NCBI GenBank assembly: GCA_016283195.1
Contig: JAEEML010000041.1
Location: 1-35,042, forward strand
Reading direction: 5' to 3'
Length of the DNA: 35,042 bases
Origin: Deltaproteobacteria bacterium
GTDB taxonomy: Bacteria > JAEEML01
Made by a program: the position numbers and the translations under genes. Numbering within the stretch: the first letter of the stretch is position 1; each line of letters opens with the position of its first letter. The notes below the pieces were generated by a model. That model saw only the letters and a list, made by a program, of their open reading frames with translations, was not told where the DNA came from and did not search any database. Positions 8,644 through 17,528 of the stretch are shown piece by piece.

Positions 8644-9600
8644 TTAGGCCATTTGCGGAGAATTTTTTTTCTTTTGCCAGAGGTATTTGGCAAGAGCTTG
8701 GATAAGCTGGTCCAAAATAGCTAACGCCAGAACAAAATAAAAAAGCGCTTTATCACCGCTAATAAGGCCGTTGCCTTTTACAAACCGGGCGATGGCCTGA
8801 TAAGCATAAATGCCAAAACTAAGGCGCGCCAGCCGGTTAATAAGCTTATTTTTAAATTCTGCCTGCGCCGCTAGATAGATAAGAGCCGGAAAGAGCAGCA
8901 AAATAATCAACGCATCGAAAAGCGGCGGATTTAGGTGCAAATAAGATATTGCGCTAATAGTAAGCACTAAAGCGGCGCATAAAAGCGGGTAAGCAAAGGC
9001 GGGCAGGTGGTTTTTAATAGGGGGAAGTGCAGAAAGCAAAATGCCAAGGCCAACTCCGGCGATGGCTCTATGGTCACCGTTTACACTGCCGCGCAGCAAA
9101 ATTTTTCTATAAAAAACAGCCACGAGGATAAATACAACCACATAAAAAATAAGCTTTTTCTTATTGATACTGAGTTTGGGGATAAGTTCACTCAGGCTAG
9201 CCAGAGTAAAATAGAGTGCCAGCGCTATGAGTAATTTGGGCACATACCACAAAAAGCCAAAAATACCGCCAACTTCGATACCGCGCGGCTGCATTTGGTA
9301 ATAATAAAGAATGGAAAAAAGAAAAGGCAGCGAAAAGGTGATGGCGATGGGTTTAAAGCGCTTCCACTCAAAACGGAGGAGCCTTATTAAGAAAAAGCCT
9401 TTGTTTTCTTTAAAAAAAGAGCGGTAAAAAAAGTAGCCGCTGAGCATGAAGAAAAATTCCACCGCCCGGCCGCCGTAGGCAAAAGTTTGGCGGGGGATGG
9501 GGGTGAAATTATGTTGGTGGAGTATCCAAAAAGCGGCTAAGAGGCGCAGTAGTTCCAAAACCGAATTGCGTTCCTGTTTGGGTGAATCAGCTTTATCCAT
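8644..9600 (-). CDS. Acyltransferase family 3 membrane protein
   Basis: ELLRLLAAFWILHQH, AVEFFFMLSGYF, LWYV, SFGIYAYQ; many hydrophobic segments. Confidence 0.85.
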   Translation of the reverse strand: MDKADSPKQERNSVLELLRLLAAFWILHQHNFTPIPRQTFAYGGRAVEFFFMLSGYFFYRSFFKENKGFFLIRLLRFEWKRFKPIAITFSLPFLFSILYYYQMQPRGIEVGGIFGFLWYVPKLLIALALYFTLASLSELIPKLSINKKKLIFYVVVFILVAVFYRKILLRGSVNGDHRAIAGVGLGILLSALPPIKNHLPAFAYPLLCAALVLTISAISYLHLNPPLFDALIILLLFPALIYLAAQAEFKNKLINRLARLSFGIYAYQAIARFVKGNGLISGDKALFYFVLALAILDQLIQALAKYLWQKKKNSPQMA

Positions 9601-9636
9601 TGGCTATACCTTGATTATTATAAAGACTGATTTTTT

Positions 9637-10773
9637 TTACGCATCGCCGTATTCGCCATATTCGCAGCCGATGTGGGTGGCTTCTATTTCATCAACGAGT
9701 TTGAGCTCGCCTTTTACTTTGTCGTAAAGCTTTATAACCCCCACGCCATTGCCGCCGTTCCACAGGCGATTATGCTTTTTGCTGCCATCGGGCGCTTCGT
9801 AATTAACATGGAGCATAGTAGCTTTTGCGCAGGAAACTTCGGTCTCCATCAGGGCATATTTATTTTCCTGTTTAACGTGCCAAATAACTTTATCTTCTTG
9901 TTCTTCAAAGGAAAATTCTGTTTTTACTTTTAACCAGAAGTGCGAGAAGTTAAAGTCGTATTCTTTGCCTTCGTAATAAAAAACGCCGAGAAGCCTTCTG
10001 TTTAGAGGCATAAAATAAATTTTGGGCCGCCCGCCGCCGATGTCAAAAACGCTGTTTGTTAGCTGCCTTCCGCTTATTTTACTGGTTAGGCAGTTGGAGG
10101 AGAGCCAGACCCAGGGGCTGGTGAAATCGCGGCCCCAATTCTTATCGGCATAACCAAAGCTCTTTTCCGGGGTGACGCGGTATTCTTCGCCGTTACAAGT
10201 GATGGTGCCGCTATAGGCGCTCTTCATGCCTTCGGCGTGCCAATACATGGCAAAGGCGTTGATTTCGCGCAAAAATTTGCCGGCTCCGTAACCCACATTA
10301 AAAGCTATTTGCTTATCTATAGTGAGATCCCACTCCATTTCTCCGCTGTCGCATAGCCACTCGGGGTGATTTTTGGCCTCCTCCTTGCTGATATTTATGC
10401 GGCCTTTAAGCGCTTTGTCTGAGGCATAGCAATCGCCGGCCTTTATTTCATAAGGGGCTTTGGCGTGTACCACGACATTTTTTAAAGGGAAAAAGCGATG
10501 AAGCTGCGCTTTCTCTTCGCCCCAGAAGCCGGCTTTTACCATGAGGTAAGAAGGGCGCTTGCCTTTAGCCTTATTGGCCGGCAGCTGGCCAAAAACCGGC
10601 TCATCTTCGGCCAGAGCGGGGTTACAGATGAAATATTCGATAAAAAAGGGGCGTTCAGCGCCGGTTTTAACATTTTGGGCAGTAAAAGAGTGCCACCACC
10701 AGTCGTAGCCGAGGCGAGCCAGAGGGCCGTGAAGCATAAAAGAATTGCGGCTGATATCGTGCTTATTAAACAT
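9637..10773 (-). CDS. Tocopherol cyclase family protein
   Basis: GYDWWWHSFTA, MYWHAEGM, GYADKNWGRDFTSPWVWLSSN, C-terminal GCEYGEY; resembles bacterial tocopherol-cyclase-like proteins. Confidence 0.75.
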   Translation of the reverse strand: MFNKHDISRNSFMLHGPLARLGYDWWWHSFTAQNVKTGAERPFFIEYFICNPALAEDEPVFGQLPANKAKGKRPSYLMVKAGFWGEEKAQLHRFFPLKNVVVHAKAPYEIKAGDCYASDKALKGRINISKEEAKNHPEWLCDSGEMEWDLTIDKQIAFNVGYGAGKFLREINAFAMYWHAEGMKSAYSGTITCNGEEYRVTPEKSFGYADKNWGRDFTSPWVWLSSNCLTSKISGRQLTNSVFDIGGGRPKIYFMPLNRRLLGVFYYEGKEYDFNFSHFWLKVKTEFSFEEQEDKVIWHVKQENKYALMETEVSCAKATMLHVNYEAPDGSKKHNRLWNGGNGVGVIKLYDKVKGELKLVDEIEATHIGCEYGEYGDA

Positions 10774-10795
10774 TGTTTTCCCGGAAAATTTTAGG

Positions 10796-10882
10796 TGGTG
10801 CCGGAGGAGGGACTTGAACCCTCACAATCTTGCGATTAACGGATTTTGAATCCGTCGCGTCTGCCAATTCCGCCACTCCGGC
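10796..10882 (-). tRNA. tRNA-Leu (CAA)
   Basis: Minus strand GCCGGAGTGGCGGAATTGGCAGACGCGACGGATTCAAAATCCGT...GAGGGTTCAAGTCCCTCCTCCGGCACCA; anticodon CAA, long variable arm, encoded CCA. Confidence 0.98.
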
Positions 10883-10897
10883 CCAAAAGGCCAGACT

Positions 10898-10925
10898 TAC
10901 CTAGCACAATTTTAAAATATGTCAA
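10898..10925 (-). promoter_or_regulatory. Probable tRNA promoter
   Basis: Minus strand TTGACA-N16-TAGGTA, 15 nt upstream of the tRNA 5' end. Confidence 0.5.
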
Positions 10926-10956
10926 GGGGAATATTGCTCTTTCTGCCAATATAGCC

Positions 10957-12015
10957 TCATTTGGCGCGGAAAAAGAGCGAAGAATCGCCGTAAGAAAAGA
11001 AATGGTAGCCCTCTTTTACGGCCTCTTTATAGGTACTAAGTACACATTCCCGCCCGGCAAAGGCGCTGACTAAAATAATGAGCGTACTTTTGGGCAGGTG
11101 GAAGTTGGTGATTAGAGCATCAACTATTTTAAACTCAAAGCCTGGATAGATGAAAATAGCTGTGCGCCCGCTGCCGCTCTTTAGCTCGTATGGGGCGGTG
11201 GCGGCGCTTTCCAGAGCGCGCACGCAGGTGGTGCCGGTGGCAAAAACGCGCCCGCCGGCAGCATGACAAGTGGCTACAGCTTCGGCTAAATCCTGGCCTA
11301 TATGGTAGCGCTCTTCGTGCATTTTGTGGCGGGTGATATCGCTAAAAGCCTCTTCTCTTATGGGCCAAAAAGTGCCAAGCCCCACATGGAGAGTGAGTTT
11401 TTTAATGGTGACGCCGCGCTTTTCTATGGCTGCTAAAAGCTCATCCGTAAAGTGCAAACCGGCAGTTGGCGCCGCCACCGCCCCCACATTTTGGGCATAT
11501 ACTGTTTGGTAGCGCGTTTTGTCGTCTTCTTCGGCAGCCCGGTTTATATATGGCGGCAAAGGCATGGCCCCGCACTTCATGAGGAGGGGAAAGATGGGCG
11601 CGCCGTCCACTCTTTTTACAAGAGCAAGGCCGCCGCCCTGGTTTTCCGTAACTTCTATTTCAGCCGCCTTATGGCTAATGATTTGCCCCGGGCGCAGCGG
11701 TTTGCCGGAGCGGTAAACACATTGCCACAAAAGGGCTTCTTCCACCGAGAAGCCGTCGGCCGGTTCGGTAAAAAGGAGCTCCACTTTGCCGTGTGATTCT
11801 TTCTTTTCACCGAAAATACGGCAGGGAATAACCTTGGTATCGTTTAAAACCAATAGGTCGCCGTTTTTAAAATAATTAATAATATCAGGAAATAATTTGT
11901 GCTCTAAACCATTTGGGCCATTGGCTACCAGGAGGCGATCCATTCCTCTTTTGTCGGCCGGTTTTTGGGCAATTAAATTTTCCGGTAAAGCGTAATCAAA
12001 AAGCTCAATATTCAT
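10957..12015 (-). CDS. queA: S-adenosylmethionine:tRNA ribosyltransferase-isomerase
   Basis: FDYALPENLIAQ, MPLPPYI, RYQTVYA, AVAAPTAGLHFT, TLHVGLGTF, TNFHLPKSTL, FFSYGD. Confidence 0.98.
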   Translation of the reverse strand: MNIELFDYALPENLIAQKPADKRGMDRLLVANGPNGLEHKLFPDIINYFKNGDLLVLNDTKVIPCRIFGEKKESHGKVELLFTEPADGFSVEEALLWQCVYRSGKPLRPGQIISHKAAEIEVTENQGGGLALVKRVDGAPIFPLLMKCGAMPLPPYINRAAEEDDKTRYQTVYAQNVGAVAAPTAGLHFTDELLAAIEKRGVTIKKLTLHVGLGTFWPIREEAFSDITRHKMHEERYHIGQDLAEAVATCHAAGGRVFATGTTCVRALESAATAPYELKSGSGRTAIFIYPGFEFKIVDALITNFHLPKSTLIILVSAFAGRECVLSTYKEAVKEGYHFFSYGDSSLFFRAK

Positions 12016-12057
12016 TTAAAAAGCGCCAAACTGATTGTTTGAGAAATTTTAGGGAAA

Positions 12058-12552
12058 TTATTCGTAATCGCGCGAGGGGTCCCAATCTTCATAAGCATCG
12101 AGCTCATAAGCATCGGCCGCTTCTCTAATCTTTTTCAGGCCGGAAGCTTCAAGCTGGCGGATGCGTTCCCGCGTGAGATTCATGATCTCCCCCACCTCTT
12201 CCAAGGTGACGCCGCCTTGCTCGGCCACATCGAGAGCGCAAGTATTTTCCAGCTCCCACACTTCGCGGCCGGGGAAATTCAGCTTAACTGAGCCGGTTTC
12301 CGGGTTGATGTCTAAATATAAATTGTGGCGGCAAGCCACAAAGAGGCAAGGACGACCCATTTTCAGGCAATCCGCCCTGGTTTTGGGGCGTTCGTAATCC
12401 ACCGGCTCGGCTACCTGGCCGCCGTTTTTGGCGCGCTTCCGATATTCCCGCACCATCTGCCGACGCGAAAGAGTTTGCGAACGACGCTCTTCAGGCCTGG
12501 ATTTGCGAATTTTAGGACTTTTTTCCATTCCGGAAGAACTAGTATCTGCCAT
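12058..12552 (-). CDS. Cys-cluster + sigma70 region-4-like HTH protein
   Basis: [28 protein letters not shown] is a sigma region 4.2 motif, preceded by RPKTRADC-x5-C-x4-CRH...CALD; no region 2. ATG 12552 with GAGGTG RBS. Confidence 0.85.
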   Translation of the reverse strand: MADTSSSGMEKSPKIRKSRPEERRSQTLSRRQMVREYRKRAKNGGQVAEPVDYERPKTRADCLKMGRPCLFVACRHNLYLDINPETGSVKLNFPGREVWELENTCALDVAEQGGVTLEEVGEIMNLTRERIRQLEASGLKKIREAADAYELDAYEDWDPSRDYE

Positions 12553-12594
12553 ATTTTCCACCTCGAGCGCAGAAAAGTTCACAGCTACAATGGC

Positions 12595-13275
12595 CTAGTC
12601 AGAACTATATAAACTGTCAAGCGAAATTTGCACCGGATGGTGTTCTTGGAAGAGTTTTTTGAATGGTTTGTAGGTTGTGCGGTGGCAGGGAAGAACTCCC
12701 AGGCGGCGTATGGCGGCAATGTGATCGGCCGTGCCGTAACCTTTATGGGCGGCAAAACCATAGCCGGGGTAGAGTTTTTCATATTGCACCATCAGGGCAT
12801 CACGCGAAGTTTTGGCGATTATGGAAGCACAGGCAATAGCATGGCAGAGGTCGTCGCCTTTTACAAAAGAGTGGCAGGGAATCCCTAAATCGAGGTGGCG
12901 GTAATCCACCAAAAGTTCTTCCGGCTTTACTTTAAGGGCGAGAACGGCCCGCTTCATGGCGAGCAAAGTGGCGCCTAGAATATTCAGCTCGGCAATCTCT
13001 TTTACCGAGGCTGTGCCGATAGCCCAGGCAGAGGCGGTGTTTTTAATCTCTTCTGCCAGTGCTTCTCTGGCAGAAGGCGTGAGCTTTTTGCTGTCTTTGG
13101 CGCCAATAATTACCTCGCCCGGGCGAAGAGCCACCGCGCCGGCATAAACCGGCCCGGCCCAGGCGCCCACTCCGGCTTCATCCACACCGGCCACAATATT
13201 GGCGCCATTGGCAAAGAGGCCGTTTTCTATGGCTAACCTATCGGTTTCTTTTGAAATTTTGCTACTCATTGCCAT
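12595..13275 (-). CDS. rnhB: Ribonuclease HII
   Basis: GVDEAG, DSKKLT, KGD...IACASIIAKTSRD, YGFAAHKGYGT; start could be 13269. Confidence 0.96.
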   Translation of the reverse strand: MAMSSKISKETDRLAIENGLFANGANIVAGVDEAGVGAWAGPVYAGAVALRPGEVIIGAKDSKKLTPSAREALAEEIKNTASAWAIGTASVKEIAELNILGATLLAMKRAVLALKVKPEELLVDYRHLDLGIPCHSFVKGDDLCHAIACASIIAKTSRDALMVQYEKLYPGYGFAAHKGYGTADHIAAIRRLGVLPCHRTTYKPFKKLFQEHHPVQISLDSLYSSD

Positions 13276-14179
13276 CTGTAAAAACTGTGCGGGGCTTTAA
13301 AATCACCGCCTCATCATTTACTGAAAACTCGCCAATAGCCACTAAATCTTCGCGGTAAAGAAGAGCTACTTTACTATTTAAAAGGCTGTTTTCTCCACCC
13401 CGGCAAATATCATTTGGGGCATCCGTCAAAAAGTTTCCATGAATAATACGCTGATATTGTTCGCTATTTAGCTCTATTTGCGGCATGGAATAGAGCACTT
13501 TGGCCATCGGCAAGCACTCTTTAAAAGCCTCTTGGCCCATAGCTTCCACAGCAGCCAGTTTTTGGCTCATGCTGAGTTCAAAAGGGCCGATTTTTGTGCG
13601 CCTAAGAGCGGTTAAATGCGCGCCGGTGCCCAGTTTTTCGCCGATATCACTAGCCAAAACGCGGATATAAGTGCCGGCCGAGCAGTGGACGTCAATAGTA
13701 ACACTGGGCAGAGAAATATTAGTAATATTAATGCTGTAAATATTAATTTCACAGGGCGCCCGCTCAACTTCTGCGCCGGTGCGGGCAATCTCATATAGCC
13801 TTTTACCAGCCACTTTTTTGGCCGAATACATGGGCGGCTTTTGGGCTATTTTACCAACAAAAGATGAGATAACTTGCCGTAACTCTTCTTCTTTTATACT
13901 TACCGGCTTTTCGGCGGTTATGGCGCCGGTAGCGTCTAAAGTATCGGTAGAAATGCCCAGCTTTAAAACGGCCCGGTAACTCTTATCGCTGCCCAAAAGG
14001 TATTGCGAAAGGCGGGTGGCTTTGCCGACAAGTATGGGCAAAAGGCCGGTGGCCATTGGGTCCAGAGTGCCGGTGTGCCCCAGCTTCTTGGTCTTCATGG
14101 TGCGGCGCAGGTGGGCTATGACATCGTGCGAGGTGAGGCCAAGCGGTTTATCGACTAATAAGAGACCGTCATTAGGCAT
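13262..14179 (-). CDS. truB: tRNA pseudouridine(55) synthase
   Basis: GHTGTLDPMATG, TDTLDATG, PPMYSAKK, CSAGTYIR, LTALRR. Confidence 0.98.
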   Translation of the reverse strand: MPNDGLLLVDKPLGLTSHDVIAHLRRTMKTKKLGHTGTLDPMATGLLPILVGKATRLSQYLLGSDKSYRAVLKLGISTDTLDATGAITAEKPVSIKEEELRQVISSFVGKIAQKPPMYSAKKVAGKRLYEIARTGAEVERAPCEINIYSINITNISLPSVTIDVHCSAGTYIRVLASDIGEKLGTGAHLTALRRTKIGPFELSMSQKLAAVEAMGQEAFKECLPMAKVLYSMPQIELNSEQYQRIIHGNFLTDAPNDICRGGENSLLNSKVALLYREDLVAIGEFSVNDEAVILKPRTVFTDGNE

Positions 14180-14183
14180 ATTT

Positions 14184-15152
14184 TCACATTAGCCCCAGCG
14201 CCTTTAATTCTTCCTCAATGGCCGCAATTACCTTGGTTTTTACTTCCGGCAATGGCGCCTCGATGGTGCCGCCGGCGGCATTAAAGTGACCGCCGCCGCC
14301 AAAATGGGCGGCCATTTGGGCCACATTGACATTGCCCCGGCTTCTAAAGCTCACTTTCCAGCGGTTTTCTGCCTCTTCGCGGTACATAATAGCCACTTCT
14401 ACCCCGGCAATGCTGCGCGGATAATTGATGAAGCCATCGAGCATATCTTTGGTGACGCCCAGCTCTTTTAGCTCCTTTAGCTCGGTTTGCACGGCAGCCC
14501 AGAGGCCATGGGGGGCAATTTCCATGCGCTCCAGACAGCGGCCCAAATAGATGAGCCGGGCTCTTGGCACCGATTCATAAACTTTCTCGGCAACAGCGCG
14601 CGGAGAGACGCCGGCGGCCAAAAGGCGGCTGGCCATTTCCATGGTATCTGGGGCAGTATTGGAATACTGGAAAGAGCCGGTATCGGTCAAAATGGCAGTA
14701 TAAATAGCGGTGGCTATTTCTTTATTTAGCGGCACGCCCAGTTCATCAAGTGCTTTGACCACCAACATACCGGTAGCGGCGGCTTTGGGGTCAATAATAT
14801 TAATGGCTCCAAAATTCTCGGAAGTGAGATGGTGGTCAATATTGATAATAAAACCAAGCTTTTCTTTGGGATAATCCGCCGGAATGGCCCGCCCCAAATT
14901 ACTGGCATCGAGGACAATTGTGGCATCAACTCCCGCCGCCGGGAGCTCGCTAGTGATAAGACCGTCACTCGCCAAAAAACGGTAATTAAAAGGAGTTGGG
15001 TCTTTACTGTAACAAATAACCGTTTTTCCGAGTGTTTTTAAGGCGCGGCTCATGGCCACACCGGAGCCGACAGCGTCGCCGTCGGGGTTAAAGTGGTAAG
15101 TAACAAGAATGGTCTTTGCCTTTTTAATGGCTATAGCGGCCTCTTTAAACAT
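14184..15152 (-). CDS. nrnA: Bifunctional oligoribonuclease/PAP phosphatase (DHH family)
   Basis: HFNPDGDAVGS, NIDHH, TDTGSF, VSFRS, FGGGGH; usual position between rbfA and truB. Confidence 0.93.
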   Translation of the reverse strand: MFKEAAIAIKKAKTILVTYHFNPDGDAVGSGVAMSRALKTLGKTVICYSKDPTPFNYRFLASDGLITSELPAAGVDATIVLDASNLGRAIPADYPKEKLGFIINIDHHLTSENFGAINIIDPKAAATGMLVVKALDELGVPLNKEIATAIYTAILTDTGSFQYSNTAPDTMEMASRLLAAGVSPRAVAEKVYESVPRARLIYLGRCLERMEIAPHGLWAAVQTELKELKELGVTKDMLDGFINYPRSIAGVEVAIMYREEAENRWKVSFRSRGNVNVAQMAAHFGGGGHFNAAGGTIEAPLPEVKTKVIAAIEEELKALGLM

Positions 15153-15155
15153 TGT

Positions 15156-15698
15156 TCACCTCCGGGCTTTGGAGCGCTTGTGTAAAGCGGTGGCACTTCT
15201 TCTTGGTCTTTTAGAAGGCAAATGGCGCGATTTTGGCGCTTCTTTGGGGAGCTCAGCAATTGGCTTGCGGTCGCGCAGAGTGGCAACTTCGGCAAATTCT
15301 TCAGGAATATCGGGCGTTTCCTCTGGCGCCGGCACTGTGCCGTCTTCAGCCAGCTGTTTTAAAAGGCGATCTATTTTCATGCCCCGCTCCAAAGATTCAT
15401 CAATTTTAAATGTGAGGCGGGGAATATGGCGCATGGTTAAAACAGCCGAAAGCTGATGGCGCAAAAAGGCCGCCGCCGCTTCCAAGCCGATAAGGCTCTC
15501 TTTTTTGGTCTCTTCGCTGCCATAGACGGAAACATAAACCATAGCTTCGCGCAAATCGCTGGTGAGTACCACATCGGTAACGGTGACCATGCCCACGCGC
15601 GGATCTTTAATCTCATTATTAATGAGACGGGCCAGCTCCTCTTTTACTACTAAAGCCGCTCGCTCGGTGCGGCTCATTCCTTCACTGTTTTGAGTCAT
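15156..15698 (-). CDS. rbfA: Ribosome-binding factor A with C-terminal extension
   Basis: IKDPRVGMVTVTDVVLTSDLREAMVYVS...RHIPRLTFKIDES, then about 55-60 extra residues. Confidence 0.95.
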   Translation of the reverse strand: MTQNSEGMSRTERAALVVKEELARLINNEIKDPRVGMVTVTDVVLTSDLREAMVYVSVYGSEETKKESLIGLEAAAAFLRHQLSAVLTMRHIPRLTFKIDESLERGMKIDRLLKQLAEDGTVPAPEETPDIPEEFAEVATLRDRKPIAELPKEAPKSRHLPSKRPRRSATALHKRSKARR

Positions 15699-15709
15699 TA
15701 TTTTCCTCT

Positions 15710-17443
15710 TTATTCCGCAGACTTCCAGTCGATGTCTTCAATTTTTAGATACATCTCTTTGTGCCCGCGATAGGTCGAATAGGCGATAGTATAAGCTATA
15801 TCGGCGCGGCATGGCCCAATGGGGTGATGCTCCGCCGCCATTTTATAACCTAAAGCCTCTTTTACCGCCGGATGATCAATTATTAATTTTATATGTTCCT
15901 GGCCGATGGTATATATTTGCCGCACCGGCACATTATAAGTTACAAAAACCGGGTTACCGTTGGCCATGCCGCAGGGTTCCAGTTTTTCCAAAAAGAGGAG
16001 CAGCTCTTCACCAAGCTCATCGAGAGTTATCTCGGCATCAATGGCGAGGGTTTGCACGGTTTCCGGCTGAGCCTCTTGCTCGAGAATATTATTGAGCCGC
16101 TCGCGCAAGGCATCAATATTATTAAAATTTATCTTTAAACCAGCTGCCAGTGGATGGCCGCCGTAAGTCTCTAAAAGTTCGCCCGCTTTGGTTAAGAGAG
16201 CACTTAAATCTATGCCGCCCAAAGAGCGGCCGGAACCTTTGCCGTCGCGGCCTATGACAATAGCCGGCTTGCCAAATTCTTCCATCAGGCGGCCGGCCAC
16301 AATGCCCACTACGCCGGGGTGCCACTTGGGGCTGCCCAGCACCAATAGCTGTTTATCCAGCCAGTTAGGGTTTTCCTCCAGCAAAGTGCGGCATTCGTTT
16401 ATCACCTCTTTTTCTGTGGCTTTGCGCTGATTATTGGCTGTATCCAGCTGCAAAGCCAAAAGTTTAGCTAAGCGCTCATCTTTAGTGAGCAGAAGTTTTA
16501 CTCCTTCATCGGCCCGCCAGAGCCGCCCGTGAGCATTGATTCTGGGCGCCAGTTTAAAAGAGACTTCGCCTGATGTGAGCGGCAGCGCGGCGCCGGCCAC
16601 ATCAATGAGTTCATTTAGCCCCAGGCGCTCACCGGTTCCCGCTTGCAAGAGGCCGTGAGTCACCAAAATGCGATTGACATTGGTAAGCGGCACCACATCG
16701 GCAATGGTGCCGATAGCCACCAGATCCAAAAGCTCTTTGAGCGGAAATTCCGGCAGCCCTTTGGCCCAAAAGCCTCTCTGCCTGAGCTCACGCCTGGTGG
16801 CGGCCACCAGGTGAAAAGCCACACCCACGCCGGCTAAATTGGCATCGGGAAAGTGGTTATCGGCGCGGGCAGGATTAACAAGAGCAGCGGCCGGCGCCGC
16901 TTTATCCATAATGGGGTGATGGTCGGTGACAATAACTGTCATGCCCAAATCTTTGGCCAGTTCCACCTCTTCCGGCGAATTACTGCCGCAATCCACAGTG
17001 ACGATGAGGTCGGTTCCTTCGTCGGCCAGTTTGCGCATGGCCGGGCAATTTAAGCCATAGCCTTCATCTATGCGGTGGGGAATATACCAGCTAACCCTAC
17101 TTTTTGTATAAGCCAAAAAGGAATACAAAAGGGCGGTGGAAGTAACGCCGTCGGCATCGTAATCGCCAAAGATTACAATGCTTTTCTTCTCTTCTATCGC
17201 TTCGGCCAGGATTTTGGCCGCTTTTTCCATATCGGGCAGCAAATTGGGATCTGGTAGGGCAGAAATGCGCGGATTTAAAAATGATTTAAGATTTTCCTCG
17301 TTATATATACCGCGTTTTTCCAATAGCGGACCGGCCACTTTGGGCAAGTCATATTTATTTAAAAAGGGCATTTCCCTTTGAGGCGGAGTAATCAGCCATT
17401 TTTTAAACGGGCGCTGCAAAGTAAGCTCCTTAGGCCTAAACAA
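15710..17443 (-). CDS. recJ: Single-stranded DNA exonuclease RecJ
   Basis: GDYDADGVTS, EGYGLN, TVDCG, TDHH, GTIADVVPL, APRINAHGRL, GKGSGRS, GGHPLAAG; TTG start with AGGTG RBS. Confidence 0.97.
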   Translation of the reverse strand: MFRPKELTLQRPFKKWLITPPQREMPFLNKYDLPKVAGPLLEKRGIYNEENLKSFLNPRISALPDPNLLPDMEKAAKILAEAIEEKKSIVIFGDYDADGVTSTALLYSFLAYTKSRVSWYIPHRIDEGYGLNCPAMRKLADEGTDLIVTVDCGSNSPEEVELAKDLGMTVIVTDHHPIMDKAAPAAALVNPARADNHFPDANLAGVGVAFHLVAATRRELRQRGFWAKGLPEFPLKELLDLVAIGTIADVVPLTNVNRILVTHGLLQAGTGERLGLNELIDVAGAALPLTSGEVSFKLAPRINAHGRLWRADEGVKLLLTKDERLAKLLALQLDTANNQRKATEKEVINECRTLLEENPNWLDKQLLVLGSPKWHPGVVGIVAGRLMEEFGKPAIVIGRDGKGSGRSLGGIDLSALLTKAGELLETYGGHPLAAGLKINFNNIDALRERLNNILEQEAQPETVQTLAIDAEITLDELGEELLLFLEKLEPCGMANGNPVFVTYNVPVRQIYTIGQEHIKLIIDHPAVKEALGYKMAAEHHPIGPCRADIAYTIAYSTYRGHKEMYLKIEDIDWKSAE

Positions 17444-17528
17444 ATTCGCACCTAGAAGGTGCGCGGCGAATATATACGAAAGAGTTCATTATGGACAATT
17501 TAAAATTAAAAAGTGAGCTTTTAACTTC

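Noticed and set aside
7149-10800. Active integrative element or prophage at tRNA-Leu
   Set aside because: No integrase, phage genes or att direct repeat seen.
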